A stretch of 64,000 nt of DNA from Escherichia phage vB_EcoM_VR26, in the sequence record NC_028957.1. One strand, written 5' to 3'. Position numbers and translations under genes: made by a program. Below the pieces are notes generated by a model. That model worked only from the letters and a program-made list of their open reading frames with translations, searched no databases and was not told the origin of the DNA. Every line of letters starts with the position of its first letter. The first letter of the stretch is position 1. This document shows, in pieces, positions 36,054-45,103 of the stretch.

Positions 36054-36434
36054 TTAACCTTCATCAACAATAGTATGGGTGTTGGCATTAACAATCTGCC
36101 ACCAGTCAAAACGGTTAGAACCATATTGAGGCTTATTCTCGTTTTCTTTAATGATATCGCGCAGTTCGTCTTCAGTCGCAGCTTTTGCGATTAGGTCTGC
36201 ATAACCACCCCGGGGATAATAGCTATCGCCAGCAAAGAGTAAAAAGTTTGTTTTGATATTCTTGAATTCTTCAAGAGTAATAACCGTTCCAGATGGTTGA
36301 ACAATATCTACGTAACTATACCCCAATTGCTGGGCTTTATCTACCGCTTCAAGCAGGGTGTCATGCGCCCACCCAATTTGACACTCTGGTTTGTCAGATG
36401 GATTGGCCTGATAATCCGCATACACTTTATACAT
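36054..36434 (-). CDS. hypothetical protein (start at internal MYKVYADY)
   Basis: SD AAGGTGAG 5 nt before ATG 36434; track ORF extends to 36482. Confidence 0.5.
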   Translation of the reverse strand: MYKVYADYQANPSDKPECQIGWAHDTLLEAVDKAQQLGYSYVDIVQPSGTVITLEEFKNIKTNFLLFAGDSYYPRGGYADLIAKAATEDELRDIIKENENKPQYGSNRFDWWQIVNANTHTIVDEG

Positions 36435-36435
36435 T

Positions 36436-36621
36436 TTACTCACCTTTAGATATTTTATCCATAACGAAAGAGATTGAACCAATTAAGAATGCAACTACTA
36501 AAGAGATTGTATTCTCAGAAGTTGAAAGCATATTCAACATAAAGCCAGCAAACATGCTAAAACCAAAAGCAGTAACAGCAACAAGGGCAGTAACATTTCT
36601 AATTAATTCGCAACGTTTCAT
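36436..36621 (-). CDS. hypothetical small membrane protein (61 aa)
   Basis: Two hydrophobic segments. Confidence 0.45.
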   Translation of the reverse strand: MKRCELIRNVTALVAVTAFGFSMFAGFMLNMLSTSENTISLVVAFLIGSISFVMDKISKGE

Positions 36622-36649
36622 TTTATTCTCCTCAGTAGTTGATGGGATA

Positions 36650-36678
36650 ATTGTACACTATCCCATTCAAAAGTACAC
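36650..36678 (-). promoter_or_regulatory. T4-type early promoter
   Basis: GTGTAC -17- TACAAT with inverted repeat tgggata/tatccca. Confidence 0.45.
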
Positions 36679-36912
36679 TTATTTTTTACGGAAAATTGAT
36701 TTATACTTGTTAGCCCATTTCTCGATAACTTCTGCCGGACCCTGGATAACAAAATAGTCACCAAACTCTTCACCGCCGAGCTGACCGTAATTATCTAAGG
36801 CGTCGCGGAGAGTTCCATAAGGCATTTCGCCCATTTTATCTTTCTTGCCAGTGTAAATGAATTGCACTTTAACATCAGCAGTTTCATTAATAAATTCTTG
36901 ATAAGTTTTCAT
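36679..36912 (-). CDS. Internal-protein-like capsid-targeted protein (MKTYQEFINET leader)
   Basis: IP-type N-terminal leader. Confidence 0.7.
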   Translation of the reverse strand: MKTYQEFINETADVKVQFIYTGKKDKMGEMPYGTLRDALDNYGQLGGEEFGDYFVIQGPAEVIEKWANKYKSIFRKK

Positions 36913-36937
36913 GCTGTCTCCAGTAGTTGATGGGATA

Positions 36938-36967
36938 ATTATACTGCAGTTATTCCATCATGTATAC
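36938..36967 (-). promoter_or_regulatory. T4-type early promoter upstream of IP-like gene
   Basis: GTATAC -18- TATAAT. Confidence 0.45.
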
Positions 36968-37210
36968 TTATTTTAAGTCTTCTAGGCGTTTTTTCATCTT
37001 GGTGCCATTCTTAGCAATTTCGCCTGCATCAGAACAAAGAGCAAGGAGAGCTTTAACTTTACCCTGGTCGCCTTTAAAAGATGATGCATCTACAGAATCA
37101 GCAAGTTCTTTGATGCGAGCAAACAGGCGCTCTGCTTCAGCAAGGGCTTGACCAAGTTTAACTTCCATACCATGGGAAGATTCTGTCATAAATGTTTGAT
37201 AAGTTTTCAT
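36968..37210 (-). CDS. Internal-protein-like capsid-targeted protein (MKTYQTFMTES leader)
   Basis: IP-type N-terminal leader. Confidence 0.7.
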   Translation of the reverse strand: MKTYQTFMTESSHGMEVKLGQALAEAERLFARIKELADSVDASSFKGDQGKVKALLALCSDAGEIAKNGTKMKKRLEDLK

Positions 37211-37218
37211 TTGAAATC

Positions 37219-37491
37219 CTATTTTAGATAAATTGCATATTTTTTATACCCAGCTGTCTCATGGCGGAGACCCTTGTCATTGGCAAAACGCTCAATGTTA
37301 TTAATTTGGTTCTGGTCAAGTTCAGAGATGTCAAACGCGAAAAAGTTGCGTTTGTTACCAATTGTTATATGGTCAGTTAAGTCAATGCTGTACAGGTGAT
37401 TGATATTGTCAATCATAGCTTTGACTGCTTTACTAATTTTTACTTCTTCATTCAGTTGGGACTCGTTGAAAAGTTCATTAAAAGTTTTCAT
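37219..37491 (-). CDS. Internal-protein-like protein (variant leader MKTFNELFNES)
   Basis: Leader variant of MKTYQEF. Confidence 0.6.
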   Translation of the reverse strand: MKTFNELFNESQLNEEVKISKAVKAMIDNINHLYSIDLTDHITIGNKRNFFAFDISELDQNQINNIERFANDKGLRHETAGYKKYAIYLK

Positions 37492-37499
37492 AAGAAACC

Positions 37500-37832
37500 T
37501 TATTTATACAGTTTAGCTAGTTCTTTACGTCCGCGAGCAGACATAATGAATTGTTCATCACCAATTTTGAAATAAGCCATACCGCCGTCAACAGCGATGC
37601 CAATTTCTTTAGTACCTTCTTTGCCTTTCCACTTGCCACCAGATTTCAGGACAGCTTCAACTGCAGCTTTGGAATATTTGGACGTTTGAAAACGTTCATT
37701 ACCAATCTGAAAGAAAACACCATCTGCGTTTTTGGATAAACCAAATTTCAGAGAGCCTTCACTATCATCAATTGATTTGGTCTCATTGATGGCGGATTCG
37801 GCTAAAAACTCATTATAAGTCTTGATGTTCAT
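37500..37832 (-). CDS. Internal-protein-like protein (start at MNIKTYNEFLAES)
   Basis: Leader variant; track ORF extends to 37865. Confidence 0.6.
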   Translation of the reverse strand: MNIKTYNEFLAESAINETKSIDDSEGSLKFGLSKNADGVFFQIGNERFQTSKYSKAAVEAVLKSGGKWKGKEGTKEIGIAVDGGMAYFKIGDEQFIMSARGRKELAKLYK

Positions 37833-37863
37833 TTTAACTCCGTTTGTTCGTTGGTGTAGGAAC

Positions 37864-37892
37864 ATAATACTGCACCTACACTCGTTTGTACA

Positions 37893-37893
<1 letters not shown>
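37864..37893 (-). promoter_or_regulatory. T4-type early promoter upstream of IP-like gene
   Basis: GTGTAC -18- TATTAT with inverted repeat gtgtagg/cctacac. Confidence 0.45.
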
Positions 37894-38583
<690 letters not shown>

Positions 38584-38584
<1 letters not shown>

Positions 38585-39261
38585 TATATTACCTTATTAA
38601 TTTTATCAAAAAGTTCTTCGAGTGTGCCATCGTTTTTAATAACAATGTCACTAGCTAGTGGTGGAAGTCCAGCTTCCGTAATGTGTGTATCAGTAGAATG
38701 ATTTGCTTCATCGCGTTCTACAAAGATTATTGTAGCACCCATCGCCCGAAGCGAATCAAGTTCGTTCTTTTGGCGAACATCAGGGACAACGTAATATTTA
38801 TATCCAGAATAGAGGTTGTCAAGATAATCGCACGCAAAAGTTTTAATCCAAAACATGCTGTCGAACTCTGTACAAACGATGTCAGTTCCAAGGGTCTGCA
38901 TGAAACGTCTAACTGTCCAGGGCTCAACATTATTTAGTGTGTGAAATTCAATGATTTTACGAACCATATCTGGATTCGGAAGGTCAAGATTATATTGTTG
39001 TTTCAACCATTCAAGAGCATCAACCAGAAGAATATGAGCTTCAGTGTTGTTCATTATCAAGGTTTTTTCGCGGTCATAACCTTGTCCATCAAAATTTTCC
39101 AGGGTCAAATTGTGTGGCAGGTCTTGACGAACCCACGCTTTATAAAGCGCTTCTTTAATTGGACCAGCAAGTTGCCACTTTGTTCCGTTTTGACTAATAA
39201 CATAATCAGCAGTCGTATCTTTACCACTGCGTTTTTTACCCACAATCGCAATTAATTTCAT
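38584..39261 (-). CDS. 1: Deoxynucleoside monophosphate kinase gp1
   Basis: 225 aa; P-loop IAIVGKKRSGKDTTADYV; position between 57A and 3. Confidence 0.9.
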
Positions 39262-39857
39262 ACGTTTCTCATAGATGGATGCATTGACTTAGACCTGATT
39301 TCCTGTTGCATTGCTGCATTACTATCAATCTGTGGTCTACCTTCTATTATTATACCATCAATTTCTACAGCAAAAGACTTAAAGTTAAAAGTTGCTGTTG
39401 CGTTGATGGCAGGGTCAGAATCTTCTTTATATGAATACTGAATCTCTGACAGGTCGGACGGCCATGCTCCATAGTAATGGATTGACATGACAATTTTGTC
39501 CTTGTTGTTATCTAAGATATGAAGCGTGACCGCTTCGGGACGACCCTTTGGATGCCATGCTTTTGATTCGTGTGTGATGTAGTTATTAAGCGAGAGCATC
39601 CATTTATAGATGTCAAGCCATGCCCTTAGGTCTTTGTCACACAGAAAGTTAACAATCAGCGGGTCGAATTCTATTGTACTACCAGGAAGACTGGAGCGAT
39701 TTATACCTTGCGTTCCACCGGGGACATCCGTCACAGGAATGTGAACCCCTGGGAGGGTAACGTCTTGAACGTTGAGTTTAAAAGTCTGTGTGAGGTTTGA
39801 ATCGCTTACCTCTAATATAAAGTTAGTCGTGTTAGTTTGATTATATAAACCTGACAT
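39258..39857 (-). CDS. 3: Tail completion / sheath stabiliser gp3 (start at MSGLYNQTNTTNF)
   Basis: Track ORF runs to 40019 into gene 2; internal ATG 39857 with SD AAGG; gene order 2-3-1 as in T4. Confidence 0.8.
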   Translation of the reverse strand: MSGLYNQTNTTNFILEVSDSNLTQTFKLNVQDVTLPGVHIPVTDVPGGTQGINRSSLPGSTIEFDPLIVNFLCDKDLRAWLDIYKWMLSLNNYITHESKAWHPKGRPEAVTLHILDNNKDKIVMSIHYYGAWPSDLSEIQYSYKEDSDPAINATATFNFKSFAVEIDGIIIEGRPQIDSNAAMQQEIRSKSMHPSMRNV

Positions 39858-39942
39858 AGTGCACCTTGTTTGCTTTAAACCAATCAGTGTTATAATGGTT
39901 CTAGACCTTTTGTCCTTACCAATAACACTGACCGATAATAGA

Positions 39943-40767
39943 TTATGAATTTCTCCATACTTTCTGGGAAGAGAATCTTTTGCCTTTCGACATAAATTGT
40001 TGCAATGGAAGCATAACAACGTTTGCCCAGTCGCTGGGCTTGATTTCAGTGATAGTACCTTTTATATTACCAGGTATATATGCTTTAATCATCTGGTCAG
40101 CCCCTTTAAATCCCTTCACCTTTGACCAATCAATCTTCAGATGAGTCTTGTTCGTAATCGTAGGAGTATTAGCATATTGCTTAAGCAGTTCCTCAAGGAA
40201 CTCTTGACGTGCCTTCGGTGGAATATAGTGCAAGTTCAAACCATACATCAAATTGTGCTTACCCAACCCAAGATAAATGATTAACGGGTATTTGTCCCAG
40301 TACGGAAGAGTATCCTTATGCTTTGCATCATAGATATAAGCATAAATCTTACCTGGTTGAGGTTTAGCCGTTACGTGCCCTCTGACAGCTTTCTTAATTG
40401 TCTCTGCGAACCATCTGGCAGATTTGGTGTTGCTTGCAGCGCCTTCGTTAGCAATCTTATCTCTTATGCTCTTTCTAAAGCTATTCACCATTATTAGCTG
40501 GCGTTCAGCCTTCGTAAGTTTACCAGCAGGTTTCTTTTTGAGTTTGGATACTTTATAAGCAGTCTGAATTCTCGAATGATATCTTGACATGCTTTTGGTA
40601 AAGGTTGAATAGTTGATTCCTTTCTCTTCAGCAAACTTTTTCGAGGTCATTCCCTTTTCTTTTGCTGTATAAAATTCAACCCCTATCTCAACCCATTGTT
40701 GTTCGGATTTACTGGGTTTCGGACCCGGTTTATCTGCAGATTCATTGATAAATGTAAAAATACTCAT
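39943..40767 (-). CDS. 2: DNA end-protector protein gp2
   Basis: Start at [25 protein letters not shown] (ATGA overlap with gp4 stop); 274 aa as in T4. Confidence 0.85.
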   Translation of the reverse strand: MSIFTFINESADKPGPKPSKSEQQWVEIGVEFYTAKEKGMTSKKFAEEKGINYSTFTKSMSRYHSRIQTAYKVSKLKKKPAGKLTKAERQLIMVNSFRKSIRDKIANEGAASNTKSARWFAETIKKAVRGHVTAKPQPGKIYAYIYDAKHKDTLPYWDKYPLIIYLGLGKHNLMYGLNLHYIPPKARQEFLEELLKQYANTPTITNKTHLKIDWSKVKGFKGADQMIKAYIPGNIKGTITEIKPSDWANVVMLPLQQFMSKGKRFSSQKVWRNS

Positions 40768-41213
40768 CCTTTCCATCCTAATTTTTTCAGTGAGTTTTCA
40801 GTGATTATCCTAAACGTTATACCCATTTTATCTGCCGTAGATTGTGCAGCTTTCCATTTGTCCGAGTTAACAGCCCAGGTATACATCTCGTTAATAAATC
40901 TCTTTTTGCTCGCAGCGGTATTATTAACAGGTTTGGTTGGTGGTCTTGTTTCTTTTAATGGCTTAACTTCGAAAAAGAACTGTTGTCCTGTATCAAACTT
41001 AACCCAGAAATCCATATAATACCTGCGCTTTTTACCATCGGCATTGCTAAAGTAAGGGATGATAACAGTCTCAGAACCCCATTGAACAACGTTCGGATGG
41101 TTGTCGAGCCATCTCATAAGCCAGGCCTCCCAGCTTGACCGGTATTGTATTTTCTTCCAGTCGCCCTTATATTTTTCTATATTAGTGGGCTTAAATTTCC
41201 CGGAGTATGCCAT
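40764..41213 (-). CDS. 4: Head completion protein gp4
   Basis: 149 aa; [29 protein letters not shown]...[14 protein letters not shown] matches T4 gp4 from memory. Confidence 0.9.
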   Translation of the reverse strand: MAYSGKFKPTNIEKYKGDWKKIQYRSSWEAWLMRWLDNHPNVVQWGSETVIIPYFSNADGKKRRYYMDFWVKFDTGQQFFFEVKPLKETRPPTKPVNNTAASKKRFINEMYTWAVNSDKWKAAQSTADKMGITFRIITENSLKKLGWKG

Positions 41214-41242
41214 ATAGCCTCCTAATAAATATTGATATACTT

Positions 41243-41253
41243 ATTTATAAATG
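41243..41253. promoter_or_regulatory. Divergent overlapping late promoters (gene 4 leftward, gene 53 rightward)
   Basis: ttaTTTATAaatgg: minus strand reads TATAAATA, plus strand TATAAATG. Confidence 0.5.
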
Positions 41254-41261
41254 GAGGCTTT

Positions 41262-41864
41262 ATGCTTTTTTCATTTTTTAACCCAATTGATTATGATGCT
41301 AAAACAATCAGAAAAAACCCTGCATCATTGACGAAAGAAGACGTCTTAAGCATTCCAATGACTGACATTTTCAGAAATTATCGTGCTTACTTTGATAAGG
41401 TCGCGGTCAATTATACACCAAAAACCTATTACATTGCCGGAGCTCCACGCCCGGAAGAATTAGCATATCAGCTATACGGCAACACTCAGCTCTATTGGGT
41501 TCTCCTTATGCTCAATGATATCTATGACCCGTATTATGGTTGGCTTTGTACCCAAGAAGCATCGTATCAAGCATCAATTCAGAAATATTCAAATGTCGGG
41601 GGCAATCAGGTCCTTTATCATGTGAACGAAAACGGTGAGAAGTTCTGGAACCTTGTTTCTTATCCTGATAATCCATACACCTGGTACGATAAAGGCGATA
41701 AAAACAAATTATATCCGCAATACGAAGGTCCATTAGCCGCAGTGGATATCTATGAAGATGCTATTCGCAAAAATGAATACAAACGAGAAATAAAGATAAT
41801 CGACCCTAACGATATCGAATCTTTTATTTCGGCGCTTATTCGTGAGATGGAGAAGTCGCTATGA
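41262..41864 (+). CDS. 53: Baseplate wedge protein gp53
   Basis: MLFSFFNPIDYDAKT...PMTDIFRNYR...YHVNENGEKF matches T4 gp53; ATG 41262 after SD GGAGG (track TTG start at 41232 overlaps the promoter). Confidence 0.9.
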   Translation: MLFSFFNPIDYDAKTIRKNPASLTKEDVLSIPMTDIFRNYRAYFDKVAVNYTPKTYYIAGAPRPEELAYQLYGNTQLYWVLLMLNDIYDPYYGWLCTQEASYQASIQKYSNVGGNQVLYHVNENGEKFWNLVSYPDNPYTWYDKGDKNKLYPQYEGPLAAVDIYEDAIRKNEYKREIKIIDPNDIESFISALIREMEKSL

Positions 41865-43603
41865 TTAATATGTCAGATAGTGTAAGCTGGTTCGTCGGTG
41901 TGGTTGAAGACCGAATGGACCCACTGCAACAAGGCCGTGTGCGCGTTCGCGTGTGGGGGATGCATCCTTACGAAAAATCACAGGGACCTGTTAAAGGTAT
42001 AAGAACCGAAGACTTGCCATGGATGTCTGTGCTGATGCCAACATCATCTGCGTCGGTTTCTGGAATTCAAACTGCAATGACTGGTATGGTACCAGGGACT
42101 CAGGTATATGGTCACTTTTTAGACAAGTGGAAGCTCAACGGTCTTGTCATTGGTACATACGGTTCAGCCTCAAGACAAAAAGCAAATCCTAACGAAGGCT
42201 TCTCTGACCCTACGGGACAATACCCGCTTTATGTTGGTAATGATGCTGCGGCGCTTAACCGGGGCGGTGAAGTCGGTTATGATGCCACTTCAAACGTAAT
42301 CCAAGATTCAAACCTTGATTTAGGTATTAACCCCGATGGTCTTGATTTAAGTCAGGTTAAGCCAGACGATAACCCTAATTTCACAATTGAAAATATGCTT
42401 CACCGTGATGAGGGACTTCGTCTGAAAGTATATTGGGACACCGAAGGTTATCCGACTGTCGGGATTGGCCACCTTATTACACCACAACCTATTAGAGATA
42501 TGAATCAGATAAACAAAATATTATCTAATCAAATAGGCCGTGAAGTTAAAGGTAACCCTGGTGCAATATCAATGGACGAGGCTTCTGCATTATTCCAGGA
42601 AGACCTTAAGAAAGTACAAAGTGATATAGGTAGGCATAGTGTTGTAGGTCCGGTTTACAATAAAGAAAACCGTTCGAGACAAATGGCTCTTGAAAACATG
42701 GCTTTCCAAATGGGATTAGGTGGATTGGCTAAATTCCGTGGAATGCTTGGTGCAATGTTAATAGGCGATTATAAAAAGGCATTTGAGGAAGCTCGTAATT
42801 CAGTATGGTTTAACCAAACTAAAGGGCGCGCGTCAAGGGTATCAATGATTATCCTCACCGGTAATATGGAATCATATGGTATTATGGCTCCTAAAGAAAG
42901 ATCATTTAATGGTCGAATGTACCGAATGATTGAAACATTTAGTACCAAGGCTGGGGAAGACCCGGCTGACCCGTGGACCCCAGAAGATACAAGGATTCTG
43001 TTTAAAGAACCAGAATCAAGTTACAAAGGCGAATATCCTTACATACAGACAATGCAAACCGAAGGCGGTCACATTCAGGAATTCGATAACACTCCTGGGC
43101 AAGAACGTTATCGACTGATTCACCCGACTGGCTCCTACGAGGAAGTTGCACCAGATGGTCGTAAGACTTCGAAGACAGTAGCCGATGGTTATTATATGAC
43201 CCAGGGTGATTCGAGTACTTATGTCGGTGGTAATAATAAAGTCAACGTTGGTGGTGATGAAACCTATTACAATATGGCTAACGTTCGCAGACAAACCGAT
43301 GGAAACGAAAGCATTCATATCAGAGGGAATGAAACCAAAACTATCGAAGGTGACGGTACAATTATTGTCAAAGGTAATGTAAGTATTCTGGTCGAAGGTA
43401 ATGCTGAAATAACTGTTAAAGGTGATGCAAAAACTCTTGTCGAAGGTAACCATGATTATACAGTAAATGGTAATGTCAAATGGTCCGTTAATGGAAACGT
43501 TGATATGACTGTAGCTGGCAACTGGTCCGAGACTATGGCTTCAATGAGTTCTATTGCATCTGGACAATATACTATTGATGGTTCGAGGATTGACATTGGC
43601 TAA
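41861..43603 (+). CDS. 5: Baseplate hub / cell-puncturing spike with lysozyme domain gp5
   Basis: 580 aa; VGVVEDRMDPLQQGRVRVRVWGMHP OB-fold, lysozyme core RDEGLRLKVYWDTEGYPTVGIGHLI, C-terminal VxGxxxxxx beta-helix repeats. Confidence 0.95.
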   Translation: MINMSDSVSWFVGVVEDRMDPLQQGRVRVRVWGMHPYEKSQGPVKGIRTEDLPWMSVLMPTSSASVSGIQTAMTGMVPGTQVYGHFLDKWKLNGLVIGTYGSASRQKANPNEGFSDPTGQYPLYVGNDAAALNRGGEVGYDATSNVIQDSNLDLGINPDGLDLSQVKPDDNPNFTIENMLHRDEGLRLKVYWDTEGYPTVGIGHLITPQPIRDMNQINKILSNQIGREVKGNPGAISMDEASALFQEDLKKVQSDIGRHSVVGPVYNKENRSRQMALENMAFQMGLGGLAKFRGMLGAMLIGDYKKAFEEARNSVWFNQTKGRASRVSMIILTGNMESYGIMAPKERSFNGRMYRMIETFSTKAGEDPADPWTPEDTRILFKEPESSYKGEYPYIQTMQTEGGHIQEFDNTPGQERYRLIHPTGSYEEVAPDGRKTSKTVADGYYMTQGDSSTYVGGNNKVNVGGDETYYNMANVRRQTDGNESIHIRGNETKTIEGDGTIIVKGNVSILVEGNAEITVKGDAKTLVEGNHDYTVNGNVKWSVNGNVDMTVAGNWSETMASMSSIASGQYTIDGSRIDIG

Positions 43604-43637
43604 TATAATCCCAATGAGCACTGATTTAGGAGACTCC

Positions 43638-44135
43638 ATGGAAGGAGCTTCAATCGATGTTACGTTTACCGCTCAATTAGAAACAAACGAAACATTAGTC
43701 GAAATAAATATAACTGAATATGAGGCCACCCCTGGCGTTAATGTTGAGGGCAATCATCTTTATGGTGTTTATGAATCCGTGTTCGGATTTGCAGATGATG
43801 CGCTTAAATATCGGCTTAACGATGAATTCAAAACTGCTGCTTCATGGGAAGAACTTCCTGTGGATAAGAGTACTCAATTGTATCTCTGGAGGGCCCCAGC
43901 GAGCCTCCAGAAGGTCTTTTCATACACAGTAACCCTAACCTATGACTTTCAAGAAGAGAGCTCTGGAGGAGACACAGGGAACTCTGGTGGTAGTAATAGT
44001 CGGGCAGGCAACGAGACAGACCCACCTCCGGCCCCAGTAAGAAAGACAATGACAAAAGTTTACACAAAAACTATCGTCGGTAACTGGAGCCGATGGGCAG
44101 ATAAATTGCGTTCATACGTATACGCGAGGGATTAA
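43638..44135 (+). CDS. hypothetical protein downstream of gene 5 (5.1-like position)
   Basis: Track ORF starts at 43554 inside gene 5; ATG 43638 has SD AGGAG (alternative ATG 43614). Confidence 0.55.
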   Translation: MEGASIDVTFTAQLETNETLVEINITEYEATPGVNVEGNHLYGVYESVFGFADDALKYRLNDEFKTAASWEELPVDKSTQLYLWRAPASLQKVFSYTVTLTYDFQEESSGGDTGNSGGSNSRAGNETDPPPAPVRKTMTKVYTKTIVGNWSRWADKLRSYVYARD

Positions 44136-44429
44136 ATGGCTGGATTAAGTTTTAATCAATGTGTTACAGCAGGTCACGAAGCATGGCCACCGACTGTAAT
44201 CAATGCAACTCAAGGTAAAGTATTCACCGGGGGAATTCCTGTGTTAGTTGCCGGGGACCCTATTACCGAACATACCGAAATTAAAAAACCATATGAAACC
44301 CACGGTGGAGTAACACAACCAAGAACTCCGAAGGTATTTGTTACCGGTAAGAAAGCTGTTCAAATGGCGGACCCGATTTCATGTGGTGATACTGTGGCTC
44401 AAGCTTCAGGAAAGGTGTTCATAAAATGA
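44136..44429 (+). CDS. 5.4: PAAR-repeat spike-tip protein gp5.4
   Basis: 97 aa, same length and position as T4 gp5.4; Gly/Val-rich PAAR-like sequence. Confidence 0.8.
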   Translation: MAGLSFNQCVTAGHEAWPPTVINATQGKVFTGGIPVLVAGDPITEHTEIKKPYETHGGVTQPRTPKVFVTGKKAVQMADPISCGDTVAQASGKVFIK

Positions 44430-45103
44430 ACAAAGAATTTAATTTTGTATATGTAACTACAAACCTAGAAAATGGTAAAAAGTATATAGGCAAACATTCT
44501 ACTGATGATATGTTTGATGGATATTACGGTACAGGGGAGCTTATCAAAAAAGCTTATAAAAAATATGGAAAGGATTTGTTTGAGACAAAAATAATAAAAT
44601 TTTTTGATACTGAAGATGAGGCTTACGACTACGAAGAATTTTTAGTAGACGAATCTATAATTTATGATGATAGATATTATAATATAGATTTGGGTGGCAA
44701 AGGAAGTATGCGAGGAAGAAAGCATAAGGAATCTTCAAAGAAGCAAATATCAGACAAAATGAAGGGTAGGTCAAAGCCACCACGAAGTAAAGAATATATT
44801 GAAAATTTTGAAAAAGCTATGGCCAAAAGGAGAAAACCTAAGTCACCTCCTAAACCGAGGGTTTTTGTTAGAGGAGAAGAACATCCTTTATATAAAAGAC
44901 CCAGACCGCAATCTGTTATTGACCTATGTAAACTTAATAATAGAAAACACCCCATATGGCAATCATACGATATTTTATTCAAATTATGGAAAGAAAATGA
45001 TAAGCCAGGTTGGAGAAAAATGACCCGATTAGCCATTGAAAACGGATTTCCAAATACGGCTTATGATAAAATGATAAAACAATTTAAACAGGATTCAGAA
45101 TAA
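44426..45103 (+). CDS. GIY-YIG homing endonuclease (Seg-like) inserted between 5.4 and 6
   Basis: [25 protein letters not shown] motif, [23 protein letters not shown]3-like basic tail; ATGA and TAATG coupling to both neighbours. Confidence 0.85.
   Translation: MNKEFNFVYVTTNLENGKKYIGKHSTDDMFDGYYGTGELIKKAYKKYGKDLFETKIIKFFDTEDEAYDYEEFLVDESIIYDDRYYNIDLGGKGSMRGRKHKESSKKQISDKMKGRSKPPRSKEYIENFEKAMAKRRKPKSPPKPRVFVRGEEHPLYKRPRPQSVIDLCKLNNRKHPIWQSYDILFKLWKENDKPGWRKMTRLAIENGFPNTAYDKMIKQFKQDSE

Noticed and set aside
37501-37508. Reverse-strand TATAAATA upstream of IP-like gene at 37491
   Set aside because: The box is formed by the codons Tyr-Lys-stop of the upstream gene and leaves only about 3 nt of leader, so a late promoter role is doubtful.
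39258-40019. 253-aa ORF as given in the track for gene 3
   Set aside because: Its N-terminal 54 codons overlap gene 2; internal ATG at 39857 with SD gives a gp3-sized protein.
43016-43453. Minus-strand 145-aa ORF inside gene 5
   Set aside because: Low-complexity translation of the antisense strand of the gp5 beta-helix repeats.
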